Shown piece by piece: positions 40,425 to 53,269 of a DNA stretch of 64,000 nucleotides. The notes beneath the pieces were generated by a model. It saw only the letters and a program-made list of their open reading frames with translations, did not search any database and was not told the origin of the DNA. The DNA comes from Obrimoposthia wandeli. Its lineage: Eukaryota. Position numbers and translations under genes: made by a program. Within the stretch, counting starts at the first letter, position 1. The number at the start of each line of letters is the position of its first letter. Location: positions 620,001-684,000 of the forward strand of contig CDROCS010000122.1 of NCBI GenBank assembly GCA_977020255.1, written 5' to 3'.

Positions 40425-41249
40425 TTAATAGCCTGCTGAATGAAACAAGGGGATGAAACGTTTTCCTTGTAAACGACAAACGTCAGTATTTAACTGCCCT
40501 TCACGGGTTAATTCAAGGTAACGCCAACCTGGGTTAGTTTGGTCTAAAGCAAAATCATTTGAATCGGGTAAAAACTGAATACAGGTTGACGGTGTCGCAA
40601 GCACACGAACACCATGATACATACAATCAAGTTCTTGGTGAATGTGCCCACACAGCACAGCACTCACCTTCGGATATCTATCGATAACTTGCCAAAACGC
40701 TTGGTTATTATGCAGCTGATGCTGATCAAGCCAAGCACTTCCCGCCTCTAGCGGGTGGTGATGCAATAATATTAAGGCATGGCGTTCTGGATTCGTTTTT
40801 AACGCGACTTCTAGCATTGCTAATTGTGCTTCACATAATTCACCATGCGGTACGCCTTTAACTTGGCTATCAAGCAAGATCACTTGCCAATAATCACCAG
40901 CAAACACTTGTTCACACGATTTAATTTGTGGTGATGGCAAAACAGAATGCATGGCTGGCTGATAATCATGATTACCCGGCAACCAAAAACAAGGCTGAGA
41001 CCAGCGGGAAATGCCATCTGCAAAATGCTGATAAGATTCATCAGTATGATCTTGTGAGATATCACCCGTAGCTACGATAGCTTCAAACGGGCGTGCGGAA
41101 GCATCTACAGCGTCTATCACTGCATTAAAACTATCTTTAGTCGCCACCCCCAACAAATAACCCAACTCATCAGCAAATAGATGAGTATCAGTTATTTGAA
41201 GTAGAACCACACTATCAGGGTTCGTTTGTGGCAGAGAATACGTCTGCAA
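40425..41249 (-). CDS. cpdA: 3',5'-cAMP phosphodiesterase
   Basis: QITDTHLF, TGDISQD, PGNHD and GHIH motifs. Confidence 0.95.
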   Translation of the reverse strand: MQTYSLPQTNPDSVVLLQITDTHLFADELGYLLGVATKDSFNAVIDAVDASARPFEAIVATGDISQDHTDESYQHFADGISRWSQPCFWLPGNHDYQPAMHSVLPSPQIKSCEQVFAGDYWQVILLDSQVKGVPHGELCEAQLAMLEVALKTNPERHALILLHHHPLEAGSAWLDQHQLHNNQAFWQVIDRYPKVSAVLCGHIHQELDCMYHGVRVLATPSTCIQFLPDSNDFALDQTNPGWRYLELTREGQLNTDVCRLQGKRFIPLFHSAGY

Positions 41250-41280
41250 AACGTCAAAAACCTTGTCTATTCTAATTCAA

Positions 41281-41709
41281 TTAACAAATTGATTGCTTAC
41301 TGAGCCCATTCTTAAGGTAATAGGTCAGCCAATCTCCCAAAAAGCGATTAACTTGATGTTTTTCATCTTTTTGATACATGCGTAAATTGGGATAATCATA
41401 CCGTGGCTTAAGCCGTGAAATCTGCTGCGCTGAACACACTTCCGCCACTTTTGCATCGTGATATAACCTTATCGTCAAACGCGGTACTAAGTATTCCACT
41501 GCATTTGTTTCATTATGCAACCACAAGCAAACCACTGTGGTATAGCGGGTTGACTCTATAATTTTAAGTCGATATTCATGTTCAAAAACTAAATACGCGC
41601 ATTCATCTCCAACGTCATCACTTTTAGGTAATAATGGAAGAAGCTTCGCATAATTGGTTTCATACAAACGCATTAAACCCGTTAGATCAACAGTATATCG
41701 CTTATTCAA
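41281..41709 (-). CDS. yqiB: DUF1249 / YqiB protein
   Basis: YETNYAKL, RLYHDAKVAEV and DEKHQVNRFL motifs; nudF-yqiB-cpdA synteny. Confidence 0.9.
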   Translation of the reverse strand: MNKRYTVDLTGLMRLYETNYAKLLPLLPKSDDVGDECAYLVFEHEYRLKIIESTRYTTVVCLWLHNETNAVEYLVPRLTIRLYHDAKVAEVCSAQQISRLKPRYDYPNLRMYQKDEKHQVNRFLGDWLTYYLKNGLSKQSIC

Positions 41710-41799
41710 ACGGTGTCCTTAGACCACAAAAAGTGCCATCGATTTGCTTAATATCATTAAGAACCACTTCGCTAGCACAACCAAAATCAGCCAGCAATA

Positions 41800-42438
41800 C
41801 TACCATTTACCTTGTAAACGTAAGTAGTTCAACTGCAACCATTGTAGCGCAATGATAGATGCTGCATTTTCAATTTTTCCTGACTCTACCCACTGATAAG
41901 CTTCTTGTCGTGTTATCACATGAACGCGAATATCTTCACCTTCATCAATAAGGCCATGAATCCCTTGTGCTTGCGTACTATCAACACGGCCCACAAAGAC
42001 ATCCAATGCTTCAGAACACCCACCAGAGCTCGATAAATAACGAGTCACTTTTTCTAAATCAGTTACCGTTAAACCAGCTTCTTCTACCGCTTCACGACAC
42101 GCAACATCGTGTGCTAATTCACCGACCTCAATAATACCAGCCACAATTTCTAGCTGCCACGGGGTAAATTCAGCCACCATTGCGCCAATACGAAATTGTT
42201 CCAATATCACCACTTTATCTTCAATCGGATCATAAGGCAGTAAGGCCGCAGCGTGACCACGTTCGAATAATTCGCGCTCAAGTGGCTCACTCCAATCACC
42301 ATTAAACAATTTATGTCGCAAACGGTATTTCACCATACTGAAAAAGCCGTTATATACTTTCTCGGACGACAAAATTTCAACATCATCTTTGGTATAAACA
42401 GTTTGGCTTTCGTCTAAAGGCACTTTTTGGTCATCCAT
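41800..42438 (-). CDS. nudF: ADP-ribose pyrophosphatase
   Basis: RELFERGHAA, EQFRIG and Nudix box REAVEEAG. Confidence 0.95.
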   Translation of the reverse strand: MDDQKVPLDESQTVYTKDDVEILSSEKVYNGFFSMVKYRLRHKLFNGDWSEPLERELFERGHAAALLPYDPIEDKVVILEQFRIGAMVAEFTPWQLEIVAGIIEVGELAHDVACREAVEEAGLTVTDLEKVTRYLSSSGGCSEALDVFVGRVDSTQAQGIHGLIDEGEDIRVHVITRQEAYQWVESGKIENAASIIALQWLQLNYLRLQGKW

Positions 42439-42697
42439 GATCTTCTTAATCCCCTATCTTTTCATTCAAAAGGTTTAGCAGCAATGATCAAATTCAACAT
42501 TTCTCATAAATTTTGTGATTTTTTTTAAGTAATCATTCCTAGTTGGATAGTTTACAATCACATATGATTAAATAAACAACGATATATTAAGTAAAACTAC
42601 GTAATGATCAGTTCCTAGCAAGCTTAGTTAAGGTACACTGATTCTTTGCGTATATTTTTATCTTTTTATCTTTTTATCAGGACCAGGAAAGGCATCC

Positions 42698-43984
42698 ATG
42701 AAAAAATTGCTTCCGCTCATTATTAGCGTTGCGCTTGGCAGCTTCAGCCAAACGGCACTGGCTGATGATCTTGCTAACATCTATCAACAAGCAAAACAAA
42801 ACGATCCTCAGTTATTAAGAGCGGCTTCAGATAAAGATTCTGCTTTTGAGGCAATCAACTCTTCTCGTAGTTCATTACTGCCACAGATTAATTTAGCGGC
42901 TGGATATAACGTCGCGACATTAGACGGTGATAATGATGGCTTTAACGGTGGTTTGACTCTTAGCCAGTCAATCTATAATCGCTCAAGCTGGATAAATCTC
43001 GATATTGCCGAAAAAGTGGCTCGTCAAAGTGATGCTTCTTACGCTGCATCACAACAAGATTTAATCTATCGTGTCGCACAATCTTATTTCGACGTACTAA
43101 AAGCTATGGATGATCTAGAATTTGTTCGTTCAGAAAAGGCTGCGGTAGGTCGTCAATTAGAGCAAACTAAACAACGTTTTGAAGTAGGTCTATCTGCGAT
43201 CACTGACGTGCATGATGCTCAAGCTCAATACGATACCGTATTAGCTGATGAAATTCTGAATGAGAATGCATTAACTAACAGCTACGAAGAAATTCGTGAG
43301 ATCACAGGTCAAGAACACACTAACCTGAATATCTTAGACACGGCACGTTTCTCGGCTAGTGCACCACAGTCGAACGTTGAAAGCTTGCTACAAGATGCAG
43401 CTAATGAAAACTTAACCTTGCTAACATCGCGTATTTCTCAAGATGTAGCACGTGATAATATTTCACTTGCTGAATCAGGTCATTTACCAACATTGTCGTT
43501 TGATGCAGGTTACAACTACGACGATAAAATCTCTTCGACCGATGAAGGTACATTAACGGCAGGTATCAATTTTAAATTACCCGTTTATACCGGTGGAAGA
43601 ACAACGTCTGAAGTAAAACAAGCACAGTTTAATTATGTGTCTGCGAGCGAAGATTTAGAAGGTTCATACCGTGGTGTTGTAAAAGACGTACGTGCTCTTT
43701 ATAACAATATTAATGCCACAATTGGTGCTATCAGAGCTTACCAACAATCCGTTATTTCAGCTAAATCTGCACTAGAAGCAACTGAAGCCGGTTTTGATGT
43801 AGGTACACGTACCATTGTTGATGTACTTGATGCGACACGTCGTTTATACGATGCAAACCGTCAGCTATCAAGCTCTCGTTACCAGTACATCATCAGTCAA
43901 ATTCAGCTTAAACAAGCGGTTGGTTCATTGAACGAACAAGACATCATTGATGTTAACAAAGGCTTGATTGCAGCTAAGAAATAA
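42698..43984 (+). CDS. tolC: Outer membrane channel TolC
   Basis: Signal peptide, RSSLLPQINL, RFEVGL and GTRTIVDVLDA motifs. Confidence 0.95.
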   Translation: MKKLLPLIISVALGSFSQTALADDLANIYQQAKQNDPQLLRAASDKDSAFEAINSSRSSLLPQINLAAGYNVATLDGDNDGFNGGLTLSQSIYNRSSWINLDIAEKVARQSDASYAASQQDLIYRVAQSYFDVLKAMDDLEFVRSEKAAVGRQLEQTKQRFEVGLSAITDVHDAQAQYDTVLADEILNENALTNSYEEIREITGQEHTNLNILDTARFSASAPQSNVESLLQDAANENLTLLTSRISQDVARDNISLAESGHLPTLSFDAGYNYDDKISSTDEGTLTAGINFKLPVYTGGRTTSEVKQAQFNYVSASEDLEGSYRGVVKDVRALYNNINATIGAIRAYQQSVISAKSALEATEAGFDVGTRTIVDVLDATRRLYDANRQLSSSRYQYIISQIQLKQAVGSLNEQDIIDVNKGLIAAKK

Positions 43985-44079
43985 TTTTATCGCCTGTATT
44001 ACGTCAATCGACTGCTACTTCTGTTGAGCTGCCTCTGTTGAATAGTACGTCGCTGTAAATAGTACAATGGTATCGATAT

Positions 44080-44111
44080 AAAAAAAGCGCCATACACGAT
44101 GGCGCTTTTTT
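44080..44111. terminator. Bidirectional terminator tolC/hldE
   Basis: A7-GCGCCAT-ACACG-ATGGCGC-T6. Confidence 0.8.
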
Positions 44112-44174
44112 ATGCCTTAATTCCAGCGAATGGAATTAAAAACTAATACTTATCCAGAATGAACCAGAGTAGTA

Positions 44175-45605
44175 TTAACCTTTGCCGCCACGAATCGCTT
44201 CAATGATCTTACTGGTAGAGCAACCATCTTCAAAGCTCAGAACACGCACTTCGCCACCCGCTGCAATGACCTCTTTTCCGCCCGCAATGTCTTCAGGTTT
44301 ATAATCACCACCTTTAACCAACAGGCTGGGTAATATTTCACTGATTAGACGTTGTGGTGTTTCTTCCGTAAATGGTACGACCCAATCAACGGCACCTAAA
44401 CCTGCTAATACTGCCATACGACGATCTTCAGGGTTAACAGGACGACCAGGACCTTTTAAACCTTGCACTGAGCTATCAGAATTCACCGCAACAATTAAAC
44501 GGTCACCTAATTTAGCGGCTTCTGTTAGATAAGAAACATGACCAGCATGCAAGATATCAAAGCAACCATTCGTCATCACAACCGTTTCGCCACGTTGCCT
44601 TGCTACCGAGACGGCTTGCTTAAGATCTGTTTCTGCAATCACACCATAGCCACTATCTTGGCTACCATAAATAGCTTCGGTAAGTTCAATGGTTGATAGC
44701 GTCGAAGTGCCTAACTTAGCGACCACGACACCTGCCGCGGCATTGGCTAGTTTACAAGCATCCGCTAACGACTTACCCGCAGCAACAGAAGAAGCTAATA
44801 CTGAAATAACCGTATCGCCAGCACCTGTTACATCATAGACTTCTTGAGCCAGTGTCGGCAGATGCAAAGGCTCTTCTCCTTTTTGTAACAAGGTCATGCC
44901 ATGCTCACTGCGTGTAACCAGTAGCGCTTCAAAATCAAAACGTTCGATCAGCTCAAAACCTTTTGCTACGAGTTCATCGTCGCTCGTCACTTTACCAACA
45001 ACAAGTTCGAATTCAGATAGATTAGGCGTTAATAATGTAGCGCCACGGTAGCGTTCAAAATCTGCACCTTTAGGGTCGATAAAGACTGGCTTACCCGCTT
45101 TACGTGCTAACTTGATCATAGCACTGACGTGCTCGAGCGCGCCTTTTGCATAATCAGACAAAATAACCACTTTCACATACGCTAGAGATTGCTCTAAACG
45201 TGGAAGAATGACGTCTTCATCTACATCATGGAAACCTTCTTCAAAATCCAATCGGATCATCTGCTGCCCACGGCTCATTACACGTAATTTGGTAATGGTT
45301 GGGTAATCAGGCAACGACACGAAATCACACCGTACATCTAGCGAGGTCAGCTTTTCATTCAAGGCTTTAGCTGGCTCATCTATCCCCGTTAATCCAACTA
45401 AACGAACATGCCCACCTAAGGCGGCAATGTTCATTGCAACGTTTGCTGCGCCACCAGGGCGTTCTTCGATCTGCTCAACTTTGACGACTGGTACTGGCGC
45501 TTCAGGCGAAATGCGCCCAGTGGGTCCATACCAATAACGATCAAGCATGACATCTCCAACAACCAGCACACCAGCTTGATCATAATCAGGAAGAGTCAGT
45601 TTCAT
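44175..45605 (-). CDS. hldE: Bifunctional heptose-7-P kinase / heptose-1-P adenylyltransferase
   Basis: [26 protein letters not shown] and [10 protein letters not shown] motifs. Confidence 0.97.
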   Translation of the reverse strand: MKLTLPDYDQAGVLVVGDVMLDRYWYGPTGRISPEAPVPVVKVEQIEERPGGAANVAMNIAALGGHVRLVGLTGIDEPAKALNEKLTSLDVRCDFVSLPDYPTITKLRVMSRGQQMIRLDFEEGFHDVDEDVILPRLEQSLAYVKVVILSDYAKGALEHVSAMIKLARKAGKPVFIDPKGADFERYRGATLLTPNLSEFELVVGKVTSDDELVAKGFELIERFDFEALLVTRSEHGMTLLQKGEEPLHLPTLAQEVYDVTGAGDTVISVLASSVAAGKSLADACKLANAAAGVVVAKLGTSTLSTIELTEAIYGSQDSGYGVIAETDLKQAVSVARQRGETVVMTNGCFDILHAGHVSYLTEAAKLGDRLIVAVNSDSSVQGLKGPGRPVNPEDRRMAVLAGLGAVDWVVPFTEETPQRLISEILPSLLVKGGDYKPEDIAGGKEVIAAGGEVRVLSFEDGCSTSKIIEAIRGGKG

Positions 45606-45826
45606 TTTTATCTCCGGGATAGTGAAAACCGCCAAATACTAACATAAAGTAAAAAGAGCTTACATTAAGGCGATTTTAATGCGCTTATATGACTTAAATT
45701 CAACATAAGCGCCGTTAATTTATTTTAAGTATTCGATAATTTAATCATTTTTTAAACCGTACACTCACCAATATAGACAAATATCTGAGCATCCTTACTG
45801 GTTAAAATTACTTATCCATAGTGGCA

Positions 45827-48700
45827 TTACTCATCACTGTTTGGTACTAAGTACGCTTGCCAGATCTGCTGTACAGTTTCACGCTCAGTCACAAACTGCA
45901 ATTCATCGACATAAGCAGGTAATCCAAGTAAATTCAAACGGTGGATATCATCGCGCATCACGCAGTAGGCTTTTTTCAATGCAGATGCTTGAGACACGCT
46001 CAATACGTCACATTCCGCCATAGTATCAAAAATACGAACATTATCAGACCAACGCGTTAAATAAGGTTCGGTATGTGAATGTTGTAGCACCAAATATTGC
46101 GCTAAAAACTCAATATCGGTAATACCACCTATATCTTGCTTTAAACCAAACATACCGGCTTTTTTACTGCCTAAATGATCGCGCATTTTATGACGCATAC
46201 TCACCACATTAACCTGTAGTGATTCAGCCTCTCGTGGCTGGGTTAATATACGTTTTCTAACATCAGAAAAAGCATTGAATAATGGCGCGTCCCCATAGAT
46301 CATTCTGGCACGCACTAATGCTTGATGTTCCCATGTCCATGCTTCTTTTTGTTGGTATTCATCAAAAGACTCTACAGTGGTCACCAATAGACCAGAAGCA
46401 CCAGATGGGCGTAGGCGTACATCAATGTCGTATAACACCCCAGACGATGTGCGTGTCGAAAACAAATGCACAATACGCTGCGCCAGTCTTAAATAAAACT
46501 GACGCCCATCAATCTCTTTTTTACCGTTGGTATAAACATCAGCTGGGCAATCATGCAAAAAGACTACGTCTAAATCAGAACCGTAGCCTAACTCCCAACC
46601 ACCCACTTTTCCGTACCCAATAACACCAAAACCTTTGCCGTTACGATCGGCTAAATGGGTGGGCTCACCATACTTCTCGGCCATTTGTAGCCAAGCTTGA
46701 TTAACCACCGCTGTAATGATCGCTTCAGCAAGGTACGTAAGGTGATCACTCACAGCCATCAAAGGTAATGCACCCGAGATATCTGCCGCTGCAATGCGTA
46801 ATAACTGCGCTTGCTTATACTGACGAATAGCTTCCATTTGTTGCTCCATATCTTCTTCAGGGATACGGGTAAGGTATTCGCGTAACTCATCACTATATTG
46901 AACCAATGGCGTTGGGTTATATAAATGTTGAGGATCCAATAATTCATCCAGCAAAATCGGGTATTGCGTTAGCTGCTCTGCCACCATTGGGCTTGCAGCA
47001 CATAATCGAATTAATTGCCCTAATGCTGCAGGGTGCTCGCCAAGCAACTCAAGATATGTGGTACGGGTTGCAACACGCACAATCAATTTAGTCACTCGCG
47101 CCAATACAGCTGAAGCATCAGGACGTGGAACAATACGCGATAAAACTTCAGGCATCAGCTTCGTGAGGACTTCTCGGCCTCTAGGCCCCAGAGTGCGCTT
47201 AGATAATTCCGCTTTCATTCCCAATATGGTACTAACTTGGTTCGCGGGCTCAGCAGCTTCTAACTCTGCCATTATGTTCAGCAGAACATCCTCATCTTTC
47301 GCCATTGCCCACATTTCATGGTATTGCTCGCTGACAGAGCACCCTTCCTCATCCTCTTCAGCACCGATAATATCGTCAAACACATCATGAACCGCACTCA
47401 TATGTTGCTCTGACGCGTCAAGCAAGGCTTGCCAATCGGCATAGCCCATCGCAAATGCTAAGCGTATTTGATCTAATGGCTTATCGGGTAAGGTTTGGGT
47501 TTGTTTATCATCAATCGCTTGTAGCAAGTTTTCTAGCTTTCTTAAAAAGCAGTAACCCTGCTCAAGATGTTCAATCTGTTTTTCTGGCAATAATGCCAAT
47601 TGCTTCATTGCTGCCAAGGTTTCCAATAAGCCACGACCACGTAAACTTGGCTCTCGTCCACCGCGAATGAGCTGAAATGACTGGGCAATAAACTCAATTT
47701 CACGAATACCACCAGCACCTAACTTAATATTATTACTCAAGCCACGACGTCTCACTTCGCTGCTGATCATGGATTTCATGCGACGTAATGCTTGAATGGC
47801 ACTGAAATCGATATAACGACGGAAAACAAACGGGCGTAACATTTGACGCAATTCTTGGTATTGAGTAAAGCTCTCACGCCCCATTACCCGCGCTTTGATC
47901 ATCGCATAACGTTCCCAATCTCGCCCTTGCTCTTGGTAATAATCTTCTAGTGCTGCATAACTCATCACTAGAGGACCACTATCGCCAAATGGGCGTAATC
48001 GCATATCGACACGGTAACAAAAACCATCATAGGTTGGTTGATCAAGTGCCTTTATCAAACGCTGGCCTAAACGAGTAAAAAACTGGGCGTTTGCCATACT
48101 GCGGCGACCACCCACCGTATCGCCGTTTTCTGGGTAAGTGAAAATAAGATCAATATCAGAAGAAAAGTTCAATTCTCCGCCACCTAGCTTCCCCATCCCC
48201 AATACCAACATCGGTTGCGCTTCACCTGCTGAGTTTGTAGGGGTACCCCATTCCTTACAACATTGATTATAAAGCCATTGGTACGCTTCCATGATCAGGG
48301 CTTCAGCCAGCAGAGAGAGATGCGCAAGGCTTTGCTCTAATGTGGATTTATTTGTAAAGTCACGCCACGCAATCCATACCATTTCTTGGCGTCGAAAGGC
48401 ACGTAATTGACGCATCAATCCGGCTTCATCTGTCGGGGTTGTTAGTTTTTGTTCAAGCTGTTGGCGGTACTGCTCACCATGTTCTTTATCATCAAGGTGT
48501 TCTGCTAGCCAAGGCAATAACCGCCCATCACATACTAGGGATGAAGCAATGAAATCACTTAAACCAATTACGGTTTCAAGTTCATTTTGGCGCTCTGTTG
48601 GCCACAAAGCCAAGAGTTCAGGATGGGCTTGTTGAAGTTTATCTAACGCTTTGGTTGCAGCTGTAGACAATAATTCAGGTCGCTCTAGGTGTTGAGTCAT
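45827..48700 (-). CDS. glnE: Glutamine synthetase adenylyltransferase
   Basis: Two NTase motifs [16 protein letters not shown] and [15 protein letters not shown]; start uncertain. Confidence 0.96.
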   Translation of the reverse strand: MTQHLERPELLSTAATKALDKLQQAHPELLALWPTERQNELETVIGLSDFIASSLVCDGRLLPWLAEHLDDKEHGEQYRQQLEQKLTTPTDEAGLMRQLRAFRRQEMVWIAWRDFTNKSTLEQSLAHLSLLAEALIMEAYQWLYNQCCKEWGTPTNSAGEAQPMLVLGMGKLGGGELNFSSDIDLIFTYPENGDTVGGRRSMANAQFFTRLGQRLIKALDQPTYDGFCYRVDMRLRPFGDSGPLVMSYAALEDYYQEQGRDWERYAMIKARVMGRESFTQYQELRQMLRPFVFRRYIDFSAIQALRRMKSMISSEVRRRGLSNNIKLGAGGIREIEFIAQSFQLIRGGREPSLRGRGLLETLAAMKQLALLPEKQIEHLEQGYCFLRKLENLLQAIDDKQTQTLPDKPLDQIRLAFAMGYADWQALLDASEQHMSAVHDVFDDIIGAEEDEEGCSVSEQYHEMWAMAKDEDVLLNIMAELEAAEPANQVSTILGMKAELSKRTLGPRGREVLTKLMPEVLSRIVPRPDASAVLARVTKLIVRVATRTTYLELLGEHPAALGQLIRLCAASPMVAEQLTQYPILLDELLDPQHLYNPTPLVQYSDELREYLTRIPEEDMEQQMEAIRQYKQAQLLRIAAADISGALPLMAVSDHLTYLAEAIITAVVNQAWLQMAEKYGEPTHLADRNGKGFGVIGYGKVGGWELGYGSDLDVVFLHDCPADVYTNGKKEIDGRQFYLRLAQRIVHLFSTRTSSGVLYDIDVRLRPSGASGLLVTTVESFDEYQQKEAWTWEHQALVRARMIYGDAPLFNAFSDVRKRILTQPREAESLQVNVVSMRHKMRDHLGSKKAGMFGLKQDIGGITDIEFLAQYLVLQHSHTEPYLTRWSDNVRIFDTMAECDVLSVSQASALKKAYCVMRDDIHRLNLLGLPAYVDELQFVTERETVQQIWQAYLVPNSDE

Positions 48701-48888
48701 CACTGTTCCTTTGATCCTTTTCCTGATGAGCTTATCGCTCACGCCACATTGTTATCGCCAAATTGTTATCGTCAATAAGAGAACACTTGGGTATATATCA
48801 ATTACGATACCACAAAGAAACGCCCACCTAGAGGTGGGCGCTTTATAAAAACATTGAAGATGAGAGCTTTCTCATTACTCGATGCTTT

Positions 48889-50490
48889 TTACACTTTAAA
48901 TGCTTGGATCTTCCCTTCCAAATCATTGGCGTAAGCTTGCATCGTGTCTGATGTTTCTGACAATTCAGTCACAACCGTCACAGAGGCTTCAACCAATTCA
49001 CGAACATTGGTTAAATTTTGATTCATCTCATCAGCCACTGCCGTTTGCTGTTCAGCAGCAGAGGCAATGTGGAAGTTCATATCATTGATTTTTTGCACTT
49101 GCTCAACGATTTTATCTAACTCGCCACCAGCTCGGGTCACTAAATCTACCCCTTCAGCTGCTTCAACAACACTTTGCTCCATTAACTCAACAGCTTGATT
49201 TGCACTATTTTGCAACAGAGAGATCATCTCTTGAATCTCGACCGTGGCTGTTTGGGTTCGTTGCGCTAAATTACGTACTTCATCGGCTACAACCGCAAAA
49301 CCGCGCCCGGCATCACCCGCACGTGCCGCTTCAATGGCTGCATTTAGTGCCAGTAAGTTCGTTTGCTCTGAAATACCTTGAATAGTGACAATCACGCTGC
49401 CAATTTGATCAACACGTGCTTCCACTTGATTTACTGCACTGGCCGATTGTGTAATATCTTGAGATAACTGATTAATAGTAACAATGGTTTTCGAGACAAA
49501 CTCTTGCCCTTGTGCGGCTTGCTCTGAGGTACCTTCAGTGGTATTCGATGCATCACGTGCATGTTCAGCGACCGTTTGTACCGTCGAGGTCATCTCACTC
49601 ATTGCTGAAGCGAGTTGATCAATTTCAACAAATTCTTCTTTGGCCGATTCTTTCGTTTCCACCATACTGATCGACATTACCTCTGCCAAGCATGACAGCT
49701 CTGCTGATGTTTCACGTTGATCCCCCATCACCTCACGTAATTGCATCCGTGTTCGTTCAAGTTCACGCGCCAGATCGCCGTATTCATCATTGCAGTTCAT
49801 GATAATCGGTTGAGATAAATCGCGTTCAGCCAAGCGCTTAATACAATCTGCTAAATACTGAGTCTGACGTAGCATCACGCTTGAACCACCCAATAAAATC
49901 ATCACGAATGCCACAATCATTAAGCCCGTTTGCCAAGCAACCTGAATAATAAAATCATTGTAGTAACCATCCGCAACGGAGGCAGACTGCGAGGCAACAA
50001 CTAACCAGTTCCACTGTGGTAATTCAATCGCATAGTCAAAACGTGCTTGATCGTTAAGAACAACGGATCCAGCTCCCGTATGCTGTGAAAAATACTGCGC
50101 TAAAGAGATACCTTGATCGGTCATATCCGTTAAATTACTGATAGAACGAGCCGTAGGATGGCCAATCACCTTGCCAGTATCACGCTCAACTAAATAGAGA
50201 TATGCACCTTCTTGCCAGCTTGCAGCCTGTGCATTAATCATTTGCTCCGCCATTGCCTTACCGCTTTCGCCTTGAGCAAGGATATTATTTAATAGCGCTG
50301 CGTTCGCTTGGGCTAACTCTTCAGAGCGATCTTGTTGAATCTGAACAACTGACTGATGAAAGGTATTTGCATCCCAGAATTGTTTACCAATCAGTAGCAA
50401 CGTACTGAATACCATTAACAATACGAGTTTAGGCACAAGACGTATATTTGTTAATCCTTTTTCCCATGGTTTGAACACCATCGTGGTCAT
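48889..50490 (-). CDS. Methyl-accepting chemotaxis protein
   Basis: Two TM segments, HAMP and [17 protein letters not shown]...[10 protein letters not shown] hairpin. Confidence 0.95.
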   Translation of the reverse strand: MTTMVFKPWEKGLTNIRLVPKLVLLMVFSTLLLIGKQFWDANTFHQSVVQIQQDRSEELAQANAALLNNILAQGESGKAMAEQMINAQAASWQEGAYLYLVERDTGKVIGHPTARSISNLTDMTDQGISLAQYFSQHTGAGSVVLNDQARFDYAIELPQWNWLVVASQSASVADGYYNDFIIQVAWQTGLMIVAFVMILLGGSSVMLRQTQYLADCIKRLAERDLSQPIIMNCNDEYGDLARELERTRMQLREVMGDQRETSAELSCLAEVMSISMVETKESAKEEFVEIDQLASAMSEMTSTVQTVAEHARDASNTTEGTSEQAAQGQEFVSKTIVTINQLSQDITQSASAVNQVEARVDQIGSVIVTIQGISEQTNLLALNAAIEAARAGDAGRGFAVVADEVRNLAQRTQTATVEIQEMISLLQNSANQAVELMEQSVVEAAEGVDLVTRAGGELDKIVEQVQKINDMNFHIASAAEQQTAVADEMNQNLTNVRELVEASVTVVTELSETSDTMQAYANDLEGKIQAFKV

Positions 50491-50671
50491 TTGGTATCTC
50501 CCTATTAATCATGCGCTGGCTTCAACGATCTCAGTTGTTTATAGTGATAGCGATATCATGCCCAACAAACCGATTGCTTTACCCATTGAATCAAAAAAGC
50601 CTGAATTATTTCAAAGCTCAAAAAAACTATAGCTATATTAACTATCGGCAGCAGATTGTGAAGATTAAATA

Positions 50672-51469
50672 ATGAAAAAGATCGACGGCGTCAAACATGA
50701 ATTGCATCCCATGAGTCTGATGGCTTTAATACTATCTTTCATGTCGTTAGCGATTGTGACCAGCTTAATATTTATTCCGCAAACAGATGATGTTTACAGG
50801 CTATTTCTGGGCATTGATACATTTATCTGTTTAATGTTTTGGTGCCAATTATTGACCGATTTATGCCGTTCTAAGCAGAAAATCAATTACCTTAAAACCC
50901 ATTGGTTAGACTTTATTGCCAGCATTCCGATCATTGAACCTGTTCGCTATATTCGCGTATTACAAATATTTCGCGTGTTACGGCTAATCCGTTCTAGCCA
51001 GCAAGTCTTATCTCATATCCGAAGTAATCGCCGAGAAGCGACCGTCGCCACAATTTTTTTATTAATTACGGTGCTGGTAACTGTCGGTTCTGCGCTGATA
51101 TTGATTTTAGAAGGTAGCGACCCTAACGCTAATATTCACTCTGCTACTGATGCAGTATGGTGGGTATTTGTAACCATTTCGACCGTCGGTTATGGCGACC
51201 ATTATCCGGTCACGACTTCCGGTAAATTATTGGCTGCTATCATTATAATTTGTGGGGTTGGTTTGTTTGGTATGGTGGCAGGTTTAGTCAGCTCCGTTGT
51301 TTCTGATCCACAAAAACAGAAAGAAGTTAATGAAAAGAAGCATCAAAAAGAATGGCTACAAATGCTTGATATACAAAAGCGGCTTCTTGAGCGATTAGAA
51401 ACATTAGAATGTCGTTTAAGTGAAAAAGCAGAAGCAGAAACAGAACAACACGAAAAACATAAAAAGTGA
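50672..51469 (+). CDS. Voltage-gated-type potassium channel protein
   Basis: S4-like RVLQIFRVLRLIR and pore filter TVGYGD. Confidence 0.92.
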   Translation: MKKIDGVKHELHPMSLMALILSFMSLAIVTSLIFIPQTDDVYRLFLGIDTFICLMFWCQLLTDLCRSKQKINYLKTHWLDFIASIPIIEPVRYIRVLQIFRVLRLIRSSQQVLSHIRSNRREATVATIFLLITVLVTVGSALILILEGSDPNANIHSATDAVWWVFVTISTVGYGDHYPVTTSGKLLAAIIIICGVGLFGMVAGLVSSVVSDPQKQKEVNEKKHQKEWLQMLDIQKRLLERLETLECRLSEKAEAETEQHEKHKK

Positions 51470-51566
51470 ATATAAAAAAGCGCCCCATCAATTGGTGCGC
51501 TTCTTTTATATGACCTTAAATATGCGTATAACAATCAGGCATCACATTTCACTGTAAAGCTAATTT

Positions 51567-53084
51567 TTATGGCCAGTACGGGGTTAATTCAACCCCCATT
51601 TGACGCGTCTGATCCATCGCATGGATCAGTGACTCTTCTTTACGGCTTAGCCATTTTTCAATCTGAGCTTGATCTTCTTCATCATCTTGAAGGGCCACAA
51701 GAGAACGAACCACATCGAGTTGATGGAGATCTTCAATACCTTGTAAAAGGTCTTGCCATGGCATTCTAAAAAATGAACGCTTATCTTCATCATACAGCTC
51801 AGCAAAACACATCCCACTCATCAAATTGCGTAATAACCGAGGTTGTTGATCAAAATAATCAATCCGATTTAATTCACGAATAGAAGGGAAAACATCCTGT
51901 AGCTCTTCCCATGAGCGAGATAACGTACTATCAGAAAACGGTTTAATATTTCCCGCTAATTTATTACGCATTTTTTCATCAAGGAATGGCTGCCAACCTC
52001 GACTTAAAATCCAACGGCTTAAATCCAGCAGTAAACCGCAGTATCGTGCAGATTGTAATAGCTGTAACATATCGCTGGCAGTCGGTAGCGCTTCAAAGCG
52101 AGAGTCTAACTGCTGAAGCAATGGTTTACGGGCATTTAGCTTTTTCAGTAAATTCCCTTTTTCTGCCTGAATCGCCACAATATTTGACGCTTCATTTAAC
52201 CACTGAAGTTCACCTTCAAGCCACTGTAACTCTTGTCGAATTAATGCACTCGCACGGCGAGGAATCACGCCACCAAAAACAACAAACGCCTGTCGAATCA
52301 AGCTTAAGGCATTTTTAAGTTCGCTAAGTGCGGCCAAATCATGACACTCAGCAAATATCTGCTCATGATAATGCCAATGCCCTAAAGCATGTTCTAACGT
52401 ATTGACGAAAACCGTTTCAACTGAATTCTCAGGTTCGACACTCACAAAGGTCAACGCTTTAACATCATCACCTTCATAACCCGCCGCGAGACGATAGCCT
52501 CGTGCCGCTTTACTTAAATTACCCAGACGCATACCGCCTTCGGTACAAAGCTCACGAGCTAATATAAACAAAGCATCAGTTTGGCCAGAAATCAGTTCTA
52601 ACTCAACTTCGCAGATGGGGGTTGTTTGGCCATTTGCACTAACATGCCCCTGATCAAAAGCCAATTCAATTTGGCTACCATCTGGCATTGCGACCAACCA
52701 TTGTTGACGTTCGAAATCAGTTGAAAATAGTGGCTGAAGTTGTTGTTGAATATCTGCAACATCAACACTTTCTGGCCAGGCATCAACCGGATGCAAAGTA
52801 AGATTTGGCTCTGTGCTATTGGTTTCAGCGTTATATTCCGGGCGCTGATGCAAACCCGCAACAACACGGCCCGCCGTTTTTAATGTTTGAACATGTACCT
52901 CATCATAACGACGAATGCGCAAGCCTATATCATGCTGTCGCAAAATTTGTTCAGGCGTGTCGAAGTAGACGTTGCCTAGCATTCGGCTACTTTGCTGCAG
53001 TATTTTCACTTCAGATATTTTGCGCAATAAATGACTCGAAAATTCCGGCGAAACGAAAAGCTTCAGTTCTATCTCAGTTTCCAT
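51567..53084 (-). CDS. ygiF: CYTH-CHAD inorganic triphosphatase
   Basis: EIELK, YFDT, LRIR and ICEVELEL motifs plus C-terminal helical domain. Confidence 0.92.
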   Translation of the reverse strand: METEIELKLFVSPEFSSHLLRKISEVKILQQSSRMLGNVYFDTPEQILRQHDIGLRIRRYDEVHVQTLKTAGRVVAGLHQRPEYNAETNSTEPNLTLHPVDAWPESVDVADIQQQLQPLFSTDFERQQWLVAMPDGSQIELAFDQGHVSANGQTTPICEVELELISGQTDALFILARELCTEGGMRLGNLSKAARGYRLAAGYEGDDVKALTFVSVEPENSVETVFVNTLEHALGHWHYHEQIFAECHDLAALSELKNALSLIRQAFVVFGGVIPRRASALIRQELQWLEGELQWLNEASNIVAIQAEKGNLLKKLNARKPLLQQLDSRFEALPTASDMLQLLQSARYCGLLLDLSRWILSRGWQPFLDEKMRNKLAGNIKPFSDSTLSRSWEELQDVFPSIRELNRIDYFDQQPRLLRNLMSGMCFAELYDEDKRSFFRMPWQDLLQGIEDLHQLDVVRSLVALQDDEEDQAQIEKWLSRKEESLIHAMDQTRQMGVELTPYWP

Positions 53085-53269
53085 AGTTATACCTATAAAC
53101 AGTGGCAAACCAAGGATATTTCCTTATGCCCTTGGGGGCAAGTGAGAAATATCAACAAAACCTTGTTCAAAAGTGGTTCCCCTACACTTAGTTATACGTT
53201 AACATGCGCGCCTCAATGACCATCGCTCAAGAATTAGCCATTTAAGGCACTCTCTCAGGTTGATCGGCT